This document shows positions 8,255 through 18,228 of a DNA stretch of 64,000 nt, in pieces. The position numbers and the translations under genes are program-made. This stretch comes from Candidatus Oxydemutatoraceae bacterium. GTDB taxonomy: Bacteria; Pseudomonadota; Gammaproteobacteria; Poriferisulfidales; Oxydemutatoraceae. The stretch lies in contig CBDCOZ010000001.1 in assembly GCA_965220085.1 (NCBI GenBank), forward strand, positions 32,001 through 96,000, in the 5' to 3' direction. Below the pieces are notes generated by a model. That model had not been told where the DNA came from, searched no databases, and saw nothing but the letters and a program-made list of their open reading frames with translations. Each line of letters begins with the position of its first letter. Position 1 is the first letter of the stretch.

Positions 8255-10000
8255 TTACGCTTCCGTTTTGGTCGGGATACGAATAGATTTGACAAGGGCT
8301 TGAGTCTTCTGCGGCGGCGCTTGTGTCAATGACGCCACCAGCACACCGACGCCCAAAGCGAGCCACATAAAGACAAAGCCGATTCCTTCGGGAGAAACGC
8401 CGAAAAGCCATTGCGCCTTTGTGCCGCCGAGAAATTTGAAATAGAGGATGTAGGAGAAAGTTGAAACCAGCCCGACGAGCATCGCTGCGATAGCGCCCTG
8501 CTGATTCATGCGTGTCCAGAAGATGCCGAGGAAGAGGACTGGGAAAAGCGAGGCGGCGGCAAGTCCAAAGGCAAAGGCCACCACTTCGGCCACAAAGCCG
8601 AGTTCGGATGCATAGAGGCCGAGCAGACCGGCGGCAATCACGGCAGCAGCCGCTGAGAAGCGGGCGAGCATAAGTTCCGTGCGGTCATGCATATTCGGCA
8701 TGAGCGTGCGGCGGAATAAATCATGGCTTATCGCCGAGGAGATAACCATCAACAAGCCCGCCGCCGTTGATAAGGCCGCGGCCAAGCCGCCGGCGACGAC
8801 CAGTGCAATCACCCAATGCGGCAATTGTGCGATTTCGGGATTGGCGAGCACAAAAATATCGCGATTGGGATTGACCTCATTGGCAAGTCCGTCCGGTGCG
8901 TGCGGCCCGCGATGCTGCATGTGGCCATCGCCGTTCTTGTCGTCGTATCGCACGAGCCCGGTCTTCTCCCATGACTTATACCATTGCGGCACCGGCTTGT
9001 CGCCTGCGGCGAGGATCTCTTCGGCGCGCGCCTCATAATCTTCCTCATCAGTGATATAGACCGCCTCATTGACGGAGTCGATAAAATTGATGCGCGCAAA
9101 AGCCCCGACGGCCGGCGCTGTCGTATAAAGCAGCGCAATAAAGAGCAACGCCCATCCTGCCGAAACGCGCGCGGCGGGCGCTGATTTCACCGTGAAGAAG
9201 CGGATGATTACATGCGGCAGGCCGGCTGTGCCGAACATCAAGGCGGCGGTAATGCAGAAAACATCCATCGTGGACTTGTGGGCGGAAGTGTATTCCAGAA
9301 AGCCCAGATCGCGCAGCACCTGATTGAGCTTTTCAAGGACGGATATTTCCGTTCCTTTGACATCGGAGATGAAGCCGAGTTGGGGAATCGGATTGCCGGT
9401 GATGATGAGCGAGATAAAAATCGCCGGCACGGTATAGGCGAAAATCAGCACGCAATATTGCGCGACCTGCGTGTAGGTAATGCCGTTCATGCCGCCGAGC
9501 ACGGTATAGGCAAAGACGATGACCATGCCGATGAGAATGCCGATGTCAAAGGGAATGCCGAGGAAGCCGGAGAAAGCCACGCCCACGCCCTTCATCTGCC
9601 CGGCGATGTAGGTAAAGGAGACGAACAGCGCACAGAGCACCGCGATTACGCGCGCCGCGTTGGAATAATATCTGTCGCCGACAAAATCCGGCACGGTGAA
9701 TTTTCCAAAATTGCGCAGGAAGGGGGCGAGCAGCAGGGCGAGCAATACATAGCCGCCCGTCCAGCCCATCAGATAGATTGAGCCGCCGTAGCCGAGAAAA
9801 GCGATGAGCCCCGCCATGGACAAGAAGGACGCCGCCGACATCCAGTCCGCCGCGGTGGCCATGCCGTTCATCACCGGATGGACATCGTGGCCCGCCACAT
9901 AGAAATCCTCTGTGGAGCGCGCGCGCGCCCAGATTGCAATCGCGACATACAGCGTGAAAGTGAGGCCGACAAAAAGAAAAGTCCAAAGCTGCTGATCCAT
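8255..10000 (-). CDS. actP: Cation/acetate symporter (sodium:solute symporter family)
   Basis: NGMATAADWMSAASF, GWTGGY, GTAGLPHVIIRFFTV motifs; multi-TM. Confidence 0.9.
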   Translation of the reverse strand: MDQQLWTFLFVGLTFTLYVAIAIWARARSTEDFYVAGHDVHPVMNGMATAADWMSAASFLSMAGLIAFLGYGGSIYLMGWTGGYVLLALLLAPFLRNFGKFTVPDFVGDRYYSNAARVIAVLCALFVSFTYIAGQMKGVGVAFSGFLGIPFDIGILIGMVIVFAYTVLGGMNGITYTQVAQYCVLIFAYTVPAIFISLIITGNPIPQLGFISDVKGTEISVLEKLNQVLRDLGFLEYTSAHKSTMDVFCITAALMFGTAGLPHVIIRFFTVKSAPAARVSAGWALLFIALLYTTAPAVGAFARINFIDSVNEAVYITDEEDYEARAEEILAAGDKPVPQWYKSWEKTGLVRYDDKNGDGHMQHRGPHAPDGLANEVNPNRDIFVLANPEIAQLPHWVIALVVAGGLAAALSTAAGLLMVISSAISHDLFRRTLMPNMHDRTELMLARFSAAAAVIAAGLLGLYASELGFVAEVVAFAFGLAAASLFPVLFLGIFWTRMNQQGAIAAMLVGLVSTFSYILYFKFLGGTKAQWLFGVSPEGIGFVFMWLALGVGVLVASLTQAPPQKTQALVKSIRIPTKTEA

Positions 10001-10002
10001 CG

Positions 10003-10293
10003 CTAAGACTGTGCCCCCTGTTCTTCAAGGCCGAACTTTTTTTCAATGCGCCGCATCGCATGGCAATAATAAAATATCAGCGCGACAAAAATATAGATGG
10101 AACCGTTTTGCGCAAACCAGAAGCCGAGCGGTGCGCCGCCCAAACTGAAATGATCCAAAAAGTCGCGAAACAATATGCCGGCCCCGTAAGAAGCAAGAAA
10201 CCACAGCACGAGCAACCCTCCCGTAAGACGCAACACCGCGCGCCAATAGGCTTTGGTGTCAATGACGCGCCGAGATGGTGATTTTTCCGACAT
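10003..10293 (-). CDS. DUF4212 small membrane partner of ActP
   Basis: YW...LGGAPLGFWFAQNGSIYIF motif; directly upstream of actP. Confidence 0.85.
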   Translation of the reverse strand: MSEKSPSRRVIDTKAYWRAVLRLTGGLLVLWFLASYGAGILFRDFLDHFSLGGAPLGFWFAQNGSIYIFVALIFYYCHAMRRIEKKFGLEEQGAQS

Positions 10294-10545
10294 CCTTCTT
10301 TCTGATAAAAACTTTCCCTGTCGAATGGCAGGGAGGCTTATATGATAAATCATCGTGTTGCATTTGGTGGCTGTGGAGACGCATCCGAGACACGTTGCGA
10401 TTCGGCTAAGGAGGAGTGCGCATAATGCGACCATCGTTCCCCCTTCGCACGGGACAAATAAGGTAACTTTGCTCAAAGGACGCTCAAATTACCATCGTTC
10501 CCCCTCGCGGGGGAGAGTCGGCGTAGCTGTGCTACGCCGGGGAGA

Positions 10546-10623
10546 GGGAAGTTTGTTGGAGCTTGCAAGGGGAGTGGAGCGATGCAGTGGGGGACAAGCC
10601 CCTGCCAGATGAACTCAACTCTT
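10546..10623 (+). repeat. 78-bp imperfect direct repeat, left copy
   Basis: Aligns to 26523-26600. Confidence 0.7.
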
Positions 10624-10671
10624 ATTATTTGCAAACGGCAGTTGGGCTGATTTGCCGGATGGAGAGTCTTG

Positions 10672-12795
10672 TCACGGTAAGTCCAATTGTTTTTTCATGC
10701 TTGCACATAAATCGTAGGTGGACATACCGACGATTAAGTCACTTTCCCCTCCTTCGTTGATATTAGGATACCAATACAGTCCGCAACGAGCCAATATCCG
10801 TTCCAGTGATTGCATCAAAGCATAGTATTTGGATTCTTCTGAGTCCGAGTCGCATAAATTTGCCAAAGTATTCCACTCACCTTCAATAAAAAACCTGAAT
10901 ATGTCATAGGATTTAAGTCTCTTAAAAAAGTCATCCCTTTCTTCAACTGAAGATATAGCGAAATAATCTGCAAGGGAGATTCCCAGTTGATTAATCAGTG
11001 TCTGCGATATGTTCGCTAACTGTTGCAAATCTTCATCTGTCCCAGTGTTTTTATAACGTTCAATAGCCGGAAGGAAATCTGTCTGAAAACTCCCTACGGA
11101 ATTCAGCGCTTGTGATTCCACATGTTCCAGAATAATACGGTGAATGAGGCCGTCCTGTTCAACCCCATTTTGTTCTGCATCAAGCTTCCCATATGTATTA
11201 AATAAGACATGACATATTTGGGTGGGTTTTTTCCAGCGTGTCATCACGGTCGCAGTGGTTCTGAATACATCAGAGTAAGTATTCTCTCCACAAACCTTTA
11301 TTTGGTTGTAATGTGTAATCATAGCAAGGCTGAAGAGCTTACGGAGGAACTTGAACATAAGGCTTATTCTTTCTTCATTGCCTTGACTTTTGAACATGGC
11401 TGTATTTACGACAAGTGTATTCTTGAACTTATTGCGCGGTGATGAGACAACATCTATCCAGCATATGTTTGCGTCTAGATTACCCCCTTCGGCAGTGTTT
11501 GTATCTTCACTTGTAATTTCTTTCACAGTTGCAACTACATCATCGGTGAATATACAGGTTGCACGAAATGGCTCTGCAAGAGACAAGTAATTTCTTGATG
11601 TCTCAAATAGCCTTGCAAGCCTTGAAAATGTTTCCTTGCTGCTTTCATCCAGCGAACAATCGTTTTTGAATTCCAGACTAACAGAGATACCCGAAGGGCT
11701 TTCTGTATTCATGTACCATTTTTCTTCTTCTAAAACGCCACCCTCATCAAACATCTCAGTAGAAAATTGATCATGGTCTATTCCTATCTTCGATTGCAGG
11801 GTTTGGAATCTGCAAGATTCTTGAGATGAAATGAAAGATGACCAACTCGCAGAAGCAATTCCTGCATTTATATTCTTTGTGCTCTTAACCTCCGGTTGTT
11901 CCTTGGCATTCGGGTGTTTGCCTAAAAGCCCGACTTCAGGAGATAGCGGGAGAAATACATACCTTAAATCTTTATTGGAAACATAAGCAGAATGTTTCCA
12001 GCAGTTATCAGCCTCCGAGTAGCTGATAGCTCCTGTATCCCCTAGCAAGAATGGTTCTTCATCTGGTTCCAACAAATCCCACTTAAAACTTTCGAATATC
12101 CCGAGTGTCACTTGATTTATGGCCTCAGGCAAATTTTCCAAATGAATCTTTTCATGGTCAATTGATGATAGTCCCTGTTCAAGGAATGGAATCATTTCGT
12201 GCATTCCTCGTTTAAGCATATCTGGCCCAAGCAATTCTATTATTTTTTTAATTTGCGCCTCCCATGTTTGCACGAGGGTCACATGTGTAAGCGGGTCTCT
12301 TATGTGCTTGGCATGAGTATAACTAATTGTCCGTGCCTGAGCTCTCGCTTCTTCATCTGATGTGGATGAGAGACGGTTATGTACATAGCCAGGGTGTTCC
12401 CCGGCAAGAACTTTGCTTAAAGGGGTGTGAATTTTCTTCACCAAATCATGCATTTGGTCTCTGATATGACCGCGGGAATGAAGGTTATGAATAAAATCTA
12501 TAAGCGTAGTTATGTCAGTTGGTTCTAACTCTCTGGTTTCCAGTACTTGAGCGACTGTTCTGGCGTAAGAGTTTTCTTTTTCGCTCAATTGCTGTTCAAT
12601 ATCAATACTCTCATCAGGCCCCGTATAAAAATTATTCTGTGCAAACACATTTTTGGTATTCGTTTTGTGCGGTTGTTCTTTCCCTTTTATGTAGTGCCAA
12701 ACTTGTTTAGTAGAGCTCTCGGAATCTATTGCAAAATTCCGAATAAGGAAATCTGGAATCAAATGATGCCTTTTCGGTTTTGAACCTGTCCCCAC
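10672..12795 (-). CDS. DUF4238 domain protein with long C-terminal extension
   Basis: N-terminal HHLIPDFLIRNF...FAQNNFY and FLLGD...FLPLSP motifs. Confidence 0.7.
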   Translation of the reverse strand: MGTGSKPKRHHLIPDFLIRNFAIDSESSTKQVWHYIKGKEQPHKTNTKNVFAQNNFYTGPDESIDIEQQLSEKENSYARTVAQVLETRELEPTDITTLIDFIHNLHSRGHIRDQMHDLVKKIHTPLSKVLAGEHPGYVHNRLSSTSDEEARAQARTISYTHAKHIRDPLTHVTLVQTWEAQIKKIIELLGPDMLKRGMHEMIPFLEQGLSSIDHEKIHLENLPEAINQVTLGIFESFKWDLLEPDEEPFLLGDTGAISYSEADNCWKHSAYVSNKDLRYVFLPLSPEVGLLGKHPNAKEQPEVKSTKNINAGIASASWSSFISSQESCRFQTLQSKIGIDHDQFSTEMFDEGGVLEEEKWYMNTESPSGISVSLEFKNDCSLDESSKETFSRLARLFETSRNYLSLAEPFRATCIFTDDVVATVKEITSEDTNTAEGGNLDANICWIDVVSSPRNKFKNTLVVNTAMFKSQGNEERISLMFKFLRKLFSLAMITHYNQIKVCGENTYSDVFRTTATVMTRWKKPTQICHVLFNTYGKLDAEQNGVEQDGLIHRIILEHVESQALNSVGSFQTDFLPAIERYKNTGTDEDLQQLANISQTLINQLGISLADYFAISSVEERDDFFKRLKSYDIFRFFIEGEWNTLANLCDSDSEESKYYALMQSLERILARCGLYWYPNINEGGESDLIVGMSTYDLCASMKKQLDLP

Positions 12796-13295
12796 CGGGT
12801 TGTCCTCCTTTTTGCTTGGTTGTACTTAGGTGCTATGGAATGACACCTACATTATTCTATGCCAGAGATTGTGCCCATGCTTAGAATTATGTCAGTTGTC
12901 AGCAGAGCGGCTTGTCGGCATGGAGCGGCAAGCCCAGATGCCGCACATCGCGGCGGCAACGATAGCGCTAAGAGGCACAGGGATATTCCAACAGTCAGTT
13001 ACGATAAACGAGTCTTGCAAAACAAACAAAAGCGGGAATGCTTCGGGAGCGAATAAAGCGACACCGTTTGTGATAATATGAGGCTTTCCAAACGAGTCCG
13101 CTTTAGGAGAGCATGGCAAAATGCAGATGAAAACAGATTTGCAAACCCAAGACCCGAAGAAAAAAAGGCCAGCAGAGATGGTTTCCGGCGAGTCTGTCAA
13201 CCCGACACAAGGCTATGCCCGTTGCACAGCGGTTCCAGCGTATCAGTCCGTGAGAAAAATAGGCAATAACTCCTAAGGAGCACACGGTTAGTCGT

Positions 13296-14282
13296 ATGCC
13301 ATCTAACATGACTCGTAAGAGGAACAAAAAGCATAACAAAGTCAAAGCTGTTTCTTTGTTCAGCGGTTGCGGCGGGTCAGATAGCGGAGCGCTCGCTGCG
13401 GGCTTTGATGTAATTTTTGCTAATGACATCATGCCTTATTCCAGAGATGTCTATCTGGCTAACTTGCCGGAAACAGACTATCAATGCAAAAACATTGAAG
13501 AGATTGCTTCATTCCCTAAAGCGGATCTGCTCATTGGCTGTTATCCATGCCAAGGGTTTAGCCAAGGCGGGGCGAGAAAATCTGATAGAGCGGTTAACTA
13601 TCTTTACAGACAATTTCGTCGATCATTGTGCGCAATAAAACCTAAAGCATTTATTGTCGAAAATGTGGCTGGCATGTACAGAAGTAATTTTAGCCGTCTA
13701 TTAAATAATCAATTGGTATGCTTCCGCACAGCCGGTTATTCAGTCACTCACAAGATGCTTAATGCGGCAGACTATGGCGTTGCTCAAGAGCGCCGCCGCA
13801 TTTTTATTGTAGGCATCCGTTCAGATTTGGGAGAAAAATATACATTCCCTTGCCCTACTCATGGCCCTGCGGGAAGGAAACCGATTAAGACTATAGCCAA
13901 AGCTCTGGATGGCTTGCCAGAGTGGCCAAAAGGAAAGTTTCTAGAACAAGATTTTCATTGGTACTATATGTCTCGTAATAGACGAAGAGATTGGTCTGAA
14001 CCCAGCAAAACGATTGTTAGCAATGCTCGCCATATGCCATTGCATCCGATTACTCCCGCGCCTGTTCGCATAGGAAACGATGAGTGGAGGTGGCTGGATA
14101 AGGATAAAAATTTGCCGAAGAGGAGATTCTCTTATGAAGAAGCTGCGTGTCTCCAAGGGTTCGAGAAAAAATTTGTGTTTCCGGAAAACGGGAACCTTAT
14201 GGCTAAATATAAGGTCATTGGCAATGCTGTGCCGCCGCCGCTATTTGAAGCTGTGGCCAATGCATTGCCAGATATTTGGTAG
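13296..14282 (+). CDS. C5 DNA cytosine methyltransferase
   Basis: LFSGCGG, YPCQGFS, ENV, QERRR, GNAVPP motifs. Confidence 0.95.
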   Translation: MPSNMTRKRNKKHNKVKAVSLFSGCGGSDSGALAAGFDVIFANDIMPYSRDVYLANLPETDYQCKNIEEIASFPKADLLIGCYPCQGFSQGGARKSDRAVNYLYRQFRRSLCAIKPKAFIVENVAGMYRSNFSRLLNNQLVCFRTAGYSVTHKMLNAADYGVAQERRRIFIVGIRSDLGEKYTFPCPTHGPAGRKPIKTIAKALDGLPEWPKGKFLEQDFHWYYMSRNRRRDWSEPSKTIVSNARHMPLHPITPAPVRIGNDEWRWLDKDKNLPKRRFSYEEAACLQGFEKKFVFPENGNLMAKYKVIGNAVPPPLFEAVANALPDIW

Positions 14283-14296
14283 GAGGATATAGCAAT

Positions 14297-15469
14297 ATGG
14301 AAAAAACAGAGAAGCATAACATACGAGAGATAGATGTGAAGGACATTCTTTTAGATGCAGAAAACCCGCGGTTTGGAGATGACCGTTCCGGATTGCAAGA
14401 ACAGAGTAATGTTTTGGATCGCATTGTAGATAAGTTCGGTGTTGACGACATATTAAGCTCTATTGCAGTGAATGGATACTTTCATTCAGAGCCGCTGGTT
14501 TGTCAGAAAAGAGAACAAAACAAATATATAGTCAAAGAAGGCAACCGAAGACTAACTGCTTGCTTAATACTGTTGCGTGATAAGAGGGCATCCAAGCATG
14601 AAGTCAGAGCAAATAAGTATGGAAAACTATGGGAGGAAAACGGTCAGAAATCGATAAACCCAGTGCCTGTTATTGTTTTTGGCGCCGATGAGGAAGACAA
14701 CAAAAGTATTTTATCGTATCTGGGCGTAAGGCATATAGCATCTACTCAGCCCTGGGATTCTTATGCAAAAGCATCTTGGGTTGCCGAGGTTGTAAAGGAA
14801 AGTGAGCTGGGCATAAAGGAAATTGCACGAATGATTGGCGTAGAACCTAACACTATAACTAAGCAACTTGAAGGATATTACTTGGTCAATCAGTTGGAAA
14901 AAGAAAAGCTTTTTCAGCCTGCAAACAGCATGCGCAGGGGCAGAGGCAGCCAATCTCAGTTCCCATTCTCTTGGGTATATACAATCGTGGGCTACGCAAA
15001 TGTCAGGGAGTTTTTGCGGTTAGGCGATGCTACCCCGCCGCAAGAGGATATTCTCGACAAAGAACGTCTGGACAATGGAGCTTTGGTACTAAACTCCATG
15101 TTTGGAGACTCCAGCAAGGGGCGCGATGCCTCTATAGAGGAGTCGAGAGAATTGAAAAGACTCGCCAAGGTTTTTGATAGCGAAGAAAAAATTTCCTTGT
15201 TGAGAAGCGGAAAGCGTGTCGATGAAATAGAGAGAGTCACACGACCAATCGAGCAGAGAATCAATGAAGATCTTAATCTCACCAGAGATACTATGCGCGC
15301 CCTTATAGGTCAATTAGCCGAGTATGGCGGCGTTGAGAAAGATATTTCCGAAAGAGACATTGAACATATGCTTGATTCTGCCGAAAAGAATGAAACGCTG
15401 GCAAAACGACTGTATCAAAGGGTAATAGAGTTTTGTGACAAACAGAGGTCGAGCATTGATGGCAGTTGA
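14297..15469 (+). CDS. ParB/sulfiredoxin-like N-terminal domain protein
   Basis: LDAENPRF, EPLV, YIVKEGNRRL motifs; AGGAGG RBS. Confidence 0.7.
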   Translation: MEKTEKHNIREIDVKDILLDAENPRFGDDRSGLQEQSNVLDRIVDKFGVDDILSSIAVNGYFHSEPLVCQKREQNKYIVKEGNRRLTACLILLRDKRASKHEVRANKYGKLWEENGQKSINPVPVIVFGADEEDNKSILSYLGVRHIASTQPWDSYAKASWVAEVVKESELGIKEIARMIGVEPNTITKQLEGYYLVNQLEKEKLFQPANSMRRGRGSQSQFPFSWVYTIVGYANVREFLRLGDATPPQEDILDKERLDNGALVLNSMFGDSSKGRDASIEESRELKRLAKVFDSEEKISLLRSGKRVDEIERVTRPIEQRINEDLNLTRDTMRALIGQLAEYGGVEKDISERDIEHMLDSAEKNETLAKRLYQRVIEFCDKQRSSIDGS

Positions 15470-16391
15470 TGTGACCAAAGGCGTAGACCAAGTGGAATGG
15501 CAAGCCATGAAATTCGGGTCGGCATCTTGTGATGATGGCACATGGGATGATCGGGTCGCTGAGTCTGCCGAATTACATGATTTTTCAGACCCTCATACGG
15601 AGGGAAATATTGACATAGTAGATGACGATTTAGTAAATGAAAGTTTTGCCGGGAGAATACAAGAAAAAATACAAGAAAGAAAAAAGATGATGGGGGATGC
15701 CTATCCATTTAATTTGGATGGCAACAAATTGTCGTATGAAAATGAATCGGGCAGGCACCTGTTATATGAGTTTCTGCTTTTAGCATCCATAGCCAATGAT
15801 GCAACAGGAACAACAAGGCGTGATATATCAAAATGCTTTGAGCGCATAGCCGCGATGATCGTATCTGAGTATTTTGGAAGTTATGCAGAGTGTCACCATG
15901 TCGGCTTTCCCAGAGATGATAGCAGTAATTTTGAAGATGCAATGATCAAGGTGAATAAGTTGACCGGAGAATTTTCATGGAACCCTGATAAGGATGCTGT
16001 GAATCATCAGGATGTAAAAGATGAAGGGTTGGATTTTATTATTCGCATGAAGCATGCTGATAACAGATTGGCGGCACAACTTTTTATCTTAGGGCAATGT
16101 GCCTGCGGGCAAAATTGGGATAGCAAAACCGGCGATTTGAAGTTAGGCACGTTAGAAAAATGGTTTCACCCTATGTCATATGTGCCTCCTGTAAAAGCAT
16201 TTGCAGTGCCTCATTATATTGAGAAGCAGAAAATAATAAACAGCAGCAGGGAGTGTGGTCTCCTATTTGACAGGGTGCGAATAGTCAATATTGCTTTTGC
16301 TGCCGAATGTCAAAATGCAATCGCAGAATTCTTTTCTGAAAATAGCTGGACAGAACCAATCCTGTCTCTCATCGAAGAGCGCCGGAGTTGA
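15459..16391 (+). CDS. Hypothetical protein, probable PD-(D/E)xK-like endonuclease
   Basis: FERIAA...KDEGLDFI...GQCACG..W..K arrangement resembles a restriction-endonuclease core; overlaps the upstream stop. Confidence 0.55.
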   Translation: MAVDVTKGVDQVEWQAMKFGSASCDDGTWDDRVAESAELHDFSDPHTEGNIDIVDDDLVNESFAGRIQEKIQERKKMMGDAYPFNLDGNKLSYENESGRHLLYEFLLLASIANDATGTTRRDISKCFERIAAMIVSEYFGSYAECHHVGFPRDDSSNFEDAMIKVNKLTGEFSWNPDKDAVNHQDVKDEGLDFIIRMKHADNRLAAQLFILGQCACGQNWDSKTGDLKLGTLEKWFHPMSYVPPVKAFAVPHYIEKQKIINSSRECGLLFDRVRIVNIAFAAECQNAIAEFFSENSWTEPILSLIEERRS

Positions 16392-16597
16392 TTCTTAGCG
16401 ATATGGAAAAGGTGTTCCGGATGCCCCTGCTCATGGCATGGGCGTTTGTTCGGAGGTCACCCTGATTTGTTTGCCTGACAAGTTTAATCAGATTATTATG
16501 AATAGCTTGGATGGGATATAACTACTGTCTACAATGTACTCTTTTAAGACATGCTCATGGTGCCTGCCTTCTCATTTAATCAGACCGGAAAAGTAAC

Positions 16598-18193
16598 ATG
16601 GCCAAAGCAAAAAAAAGCAAAAAAAGCGAAGTAAAAAAGACCAAAGAACAAGAACGCGCAGAACTGCATCGCACGATATGGAAGATTGCAAATGATTTGC
16701 GCGGGAGCGTGGACGGCTGGGATTTCAAGCAGTATGTGCTTGGCATGCTCTTCTACCGCTTTATTAGTGAGAATCTGGTTGACTATATCAACGCCGGAGA
16801 ACGAAAAACAGATAACAAGACTTTTGACTATACGGAACTGTCGGACAAGGATGCGAAGTTTGGCCGAGCCGACACAGTTAAGGAAAAGGGATTCTTTATC
16901 TTGCCGAGCGAACTGTTTGCCAATGTGCGGAAAAATGCACATGACAATTCTAATTTGAACGAGGCACTGACTATCGCCTTCCGAAACATTGAGAACTCTG
17001 CAAAAAACACAGAGAGTGAAGATGATTTGAAAGGTTTGTTTGATGACATTGATGTGAATTCAAACAAACTTGGAGGCACCGTAATAGAAAGAAACAAGAA
17101 GCTCGCCAAGCTTCTGGATGCGATTGGCGATCTTGCGCTCGGCAACTACTCCGACAACAACATAGACGCTTTCGGCGATGCCTATGAGTACCTGATGGCT
17201 ATGTACGCTTCCGATGCAGGTAAATCCGGCGGCGAATACTTCACGCCGCAGGAAGTCAGCGAACTCTTAGCTGAGATTGCGACAGTGGGCAAGAAGCGTG
17301 TTAACAAAGTGTATGACCCGGCGTGCGGATCCGGTTCGCTGTTACTCAAGTTTTCCAAAGTGTTGGGGCCGGATAAAGTCGGGCTGGGGTTCTTCGGTCA
17401 GGAAAACAACATCACCACATATAACTTGTGTCGAATCAATATGTTTTTGCACAATATCAATTACGACCATTTTGACATTGCTTGCGGCGATACCCTGACT
17501 GATCCGCAGCATTGGGACGATGAACCGTTTGACGCCATCGTTTCCAATCCGCCGTACTCTATCAAATGGGAAGGTGCCGACAACCAGATATTAATAGATG
17601 ACCCGCGCTTCTCACCGGCGGGGGTGCTCGCGCCGAAGAGCAAGGCCGACCTTGCATTCACAATGCACATGCTTTCGTGGCTTTCAACGATTGGAACGGC
17701 AGCAATCGTTTCCTTTCCCGGCGTTCTTTACCGGGGCGGGGCTGAACAAAAGATTCGCAAATACCTGATTGATAACAACTACATTGATGCGGTTATCCAA
17801 CTGCCGCCCGACCTCTTTTTCGGGACTGGCATCGCGACCTGCATTATGGTGCTCAAGAAGAGCAAGAGGGATAACAAGACACTTTTTATAGACGCTTCTG
17901 CCGAATGCGTTCGCGGCGGCAATAAGAACAAGCTGAGTGATGCGAACAGAACCAAGATAGTCAAAGCATTTATCGGGCGCAAGAACAAGAAACATTTTGC
18001 AAAACTGGTGGCAAATAAGACGATTGCCCGAAATGACTACAACATCACGGTGTCAAGTTACGTTGAGCAGAAAGATACGAGGGAAGTTGTGGATATAGGA
18101 CAACTCAACAAAGAGATTTCTGAGATTGTGGCAAGACAAAGCAAATTGAGAAAGTCCATTGACAAGATTGTGAAGGACATTGAAGGAAAGTAA
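16598..18193 (+). CDS. hsdM: Type I RM methyltransferase subunit
   Basis: GEYFTP, YDPACGSGSLL, NPPY motifs. Confidence 0.97.
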   Translation: MAKAKKSKKSEVKKTKEQERAELHRTIWKIANDLRGSVDGWDFKQYVLGMLFYRFISENLVDYINAGERKTDNKTFDYTELSDKDAKFGRADTVKEKGFFILPSELFANVRKNAHDNSNLNEALTIAFRNIENSAKNTESEDDLKGLFDDIDVNSNKLGGTVIERNKKLAKLLDAIGDLALGNYSDNNIDAFGDAYEYLMAMYASDAGKSGGEYFTPQEVSELLAEIATVGKKRVNKVYDPACGSGSLLLKFSKVLGPDKVGLGFFGQENNITTYNLCRINMFLHNINYDHFDIACGDTLTDPQHWDDEPFDAIVSNPPYSIKWEGADNQILIDDPRFSPAGVLAPKSKADLAFTMHMLSWLSTIGTAAIVSFPGVLYRGGAEQKIRKYLIDNNYIDAVIQLPPDLFFGTGIATCIMVLKKSKRDNKTLFIDASAECVRGGNKNKLSDANRTKIVKAFIGRKNKKHFAKLVANKTIARNDYNITVSSYVEQKDTREVVDIGQLNKEISEIVARQSKLRKSIDKIVKDIEGK

Positions 18194-18228
18194 TATCGGG
18201 AGCCTCAGTCCCTCAAAGGGCGAGAGAA

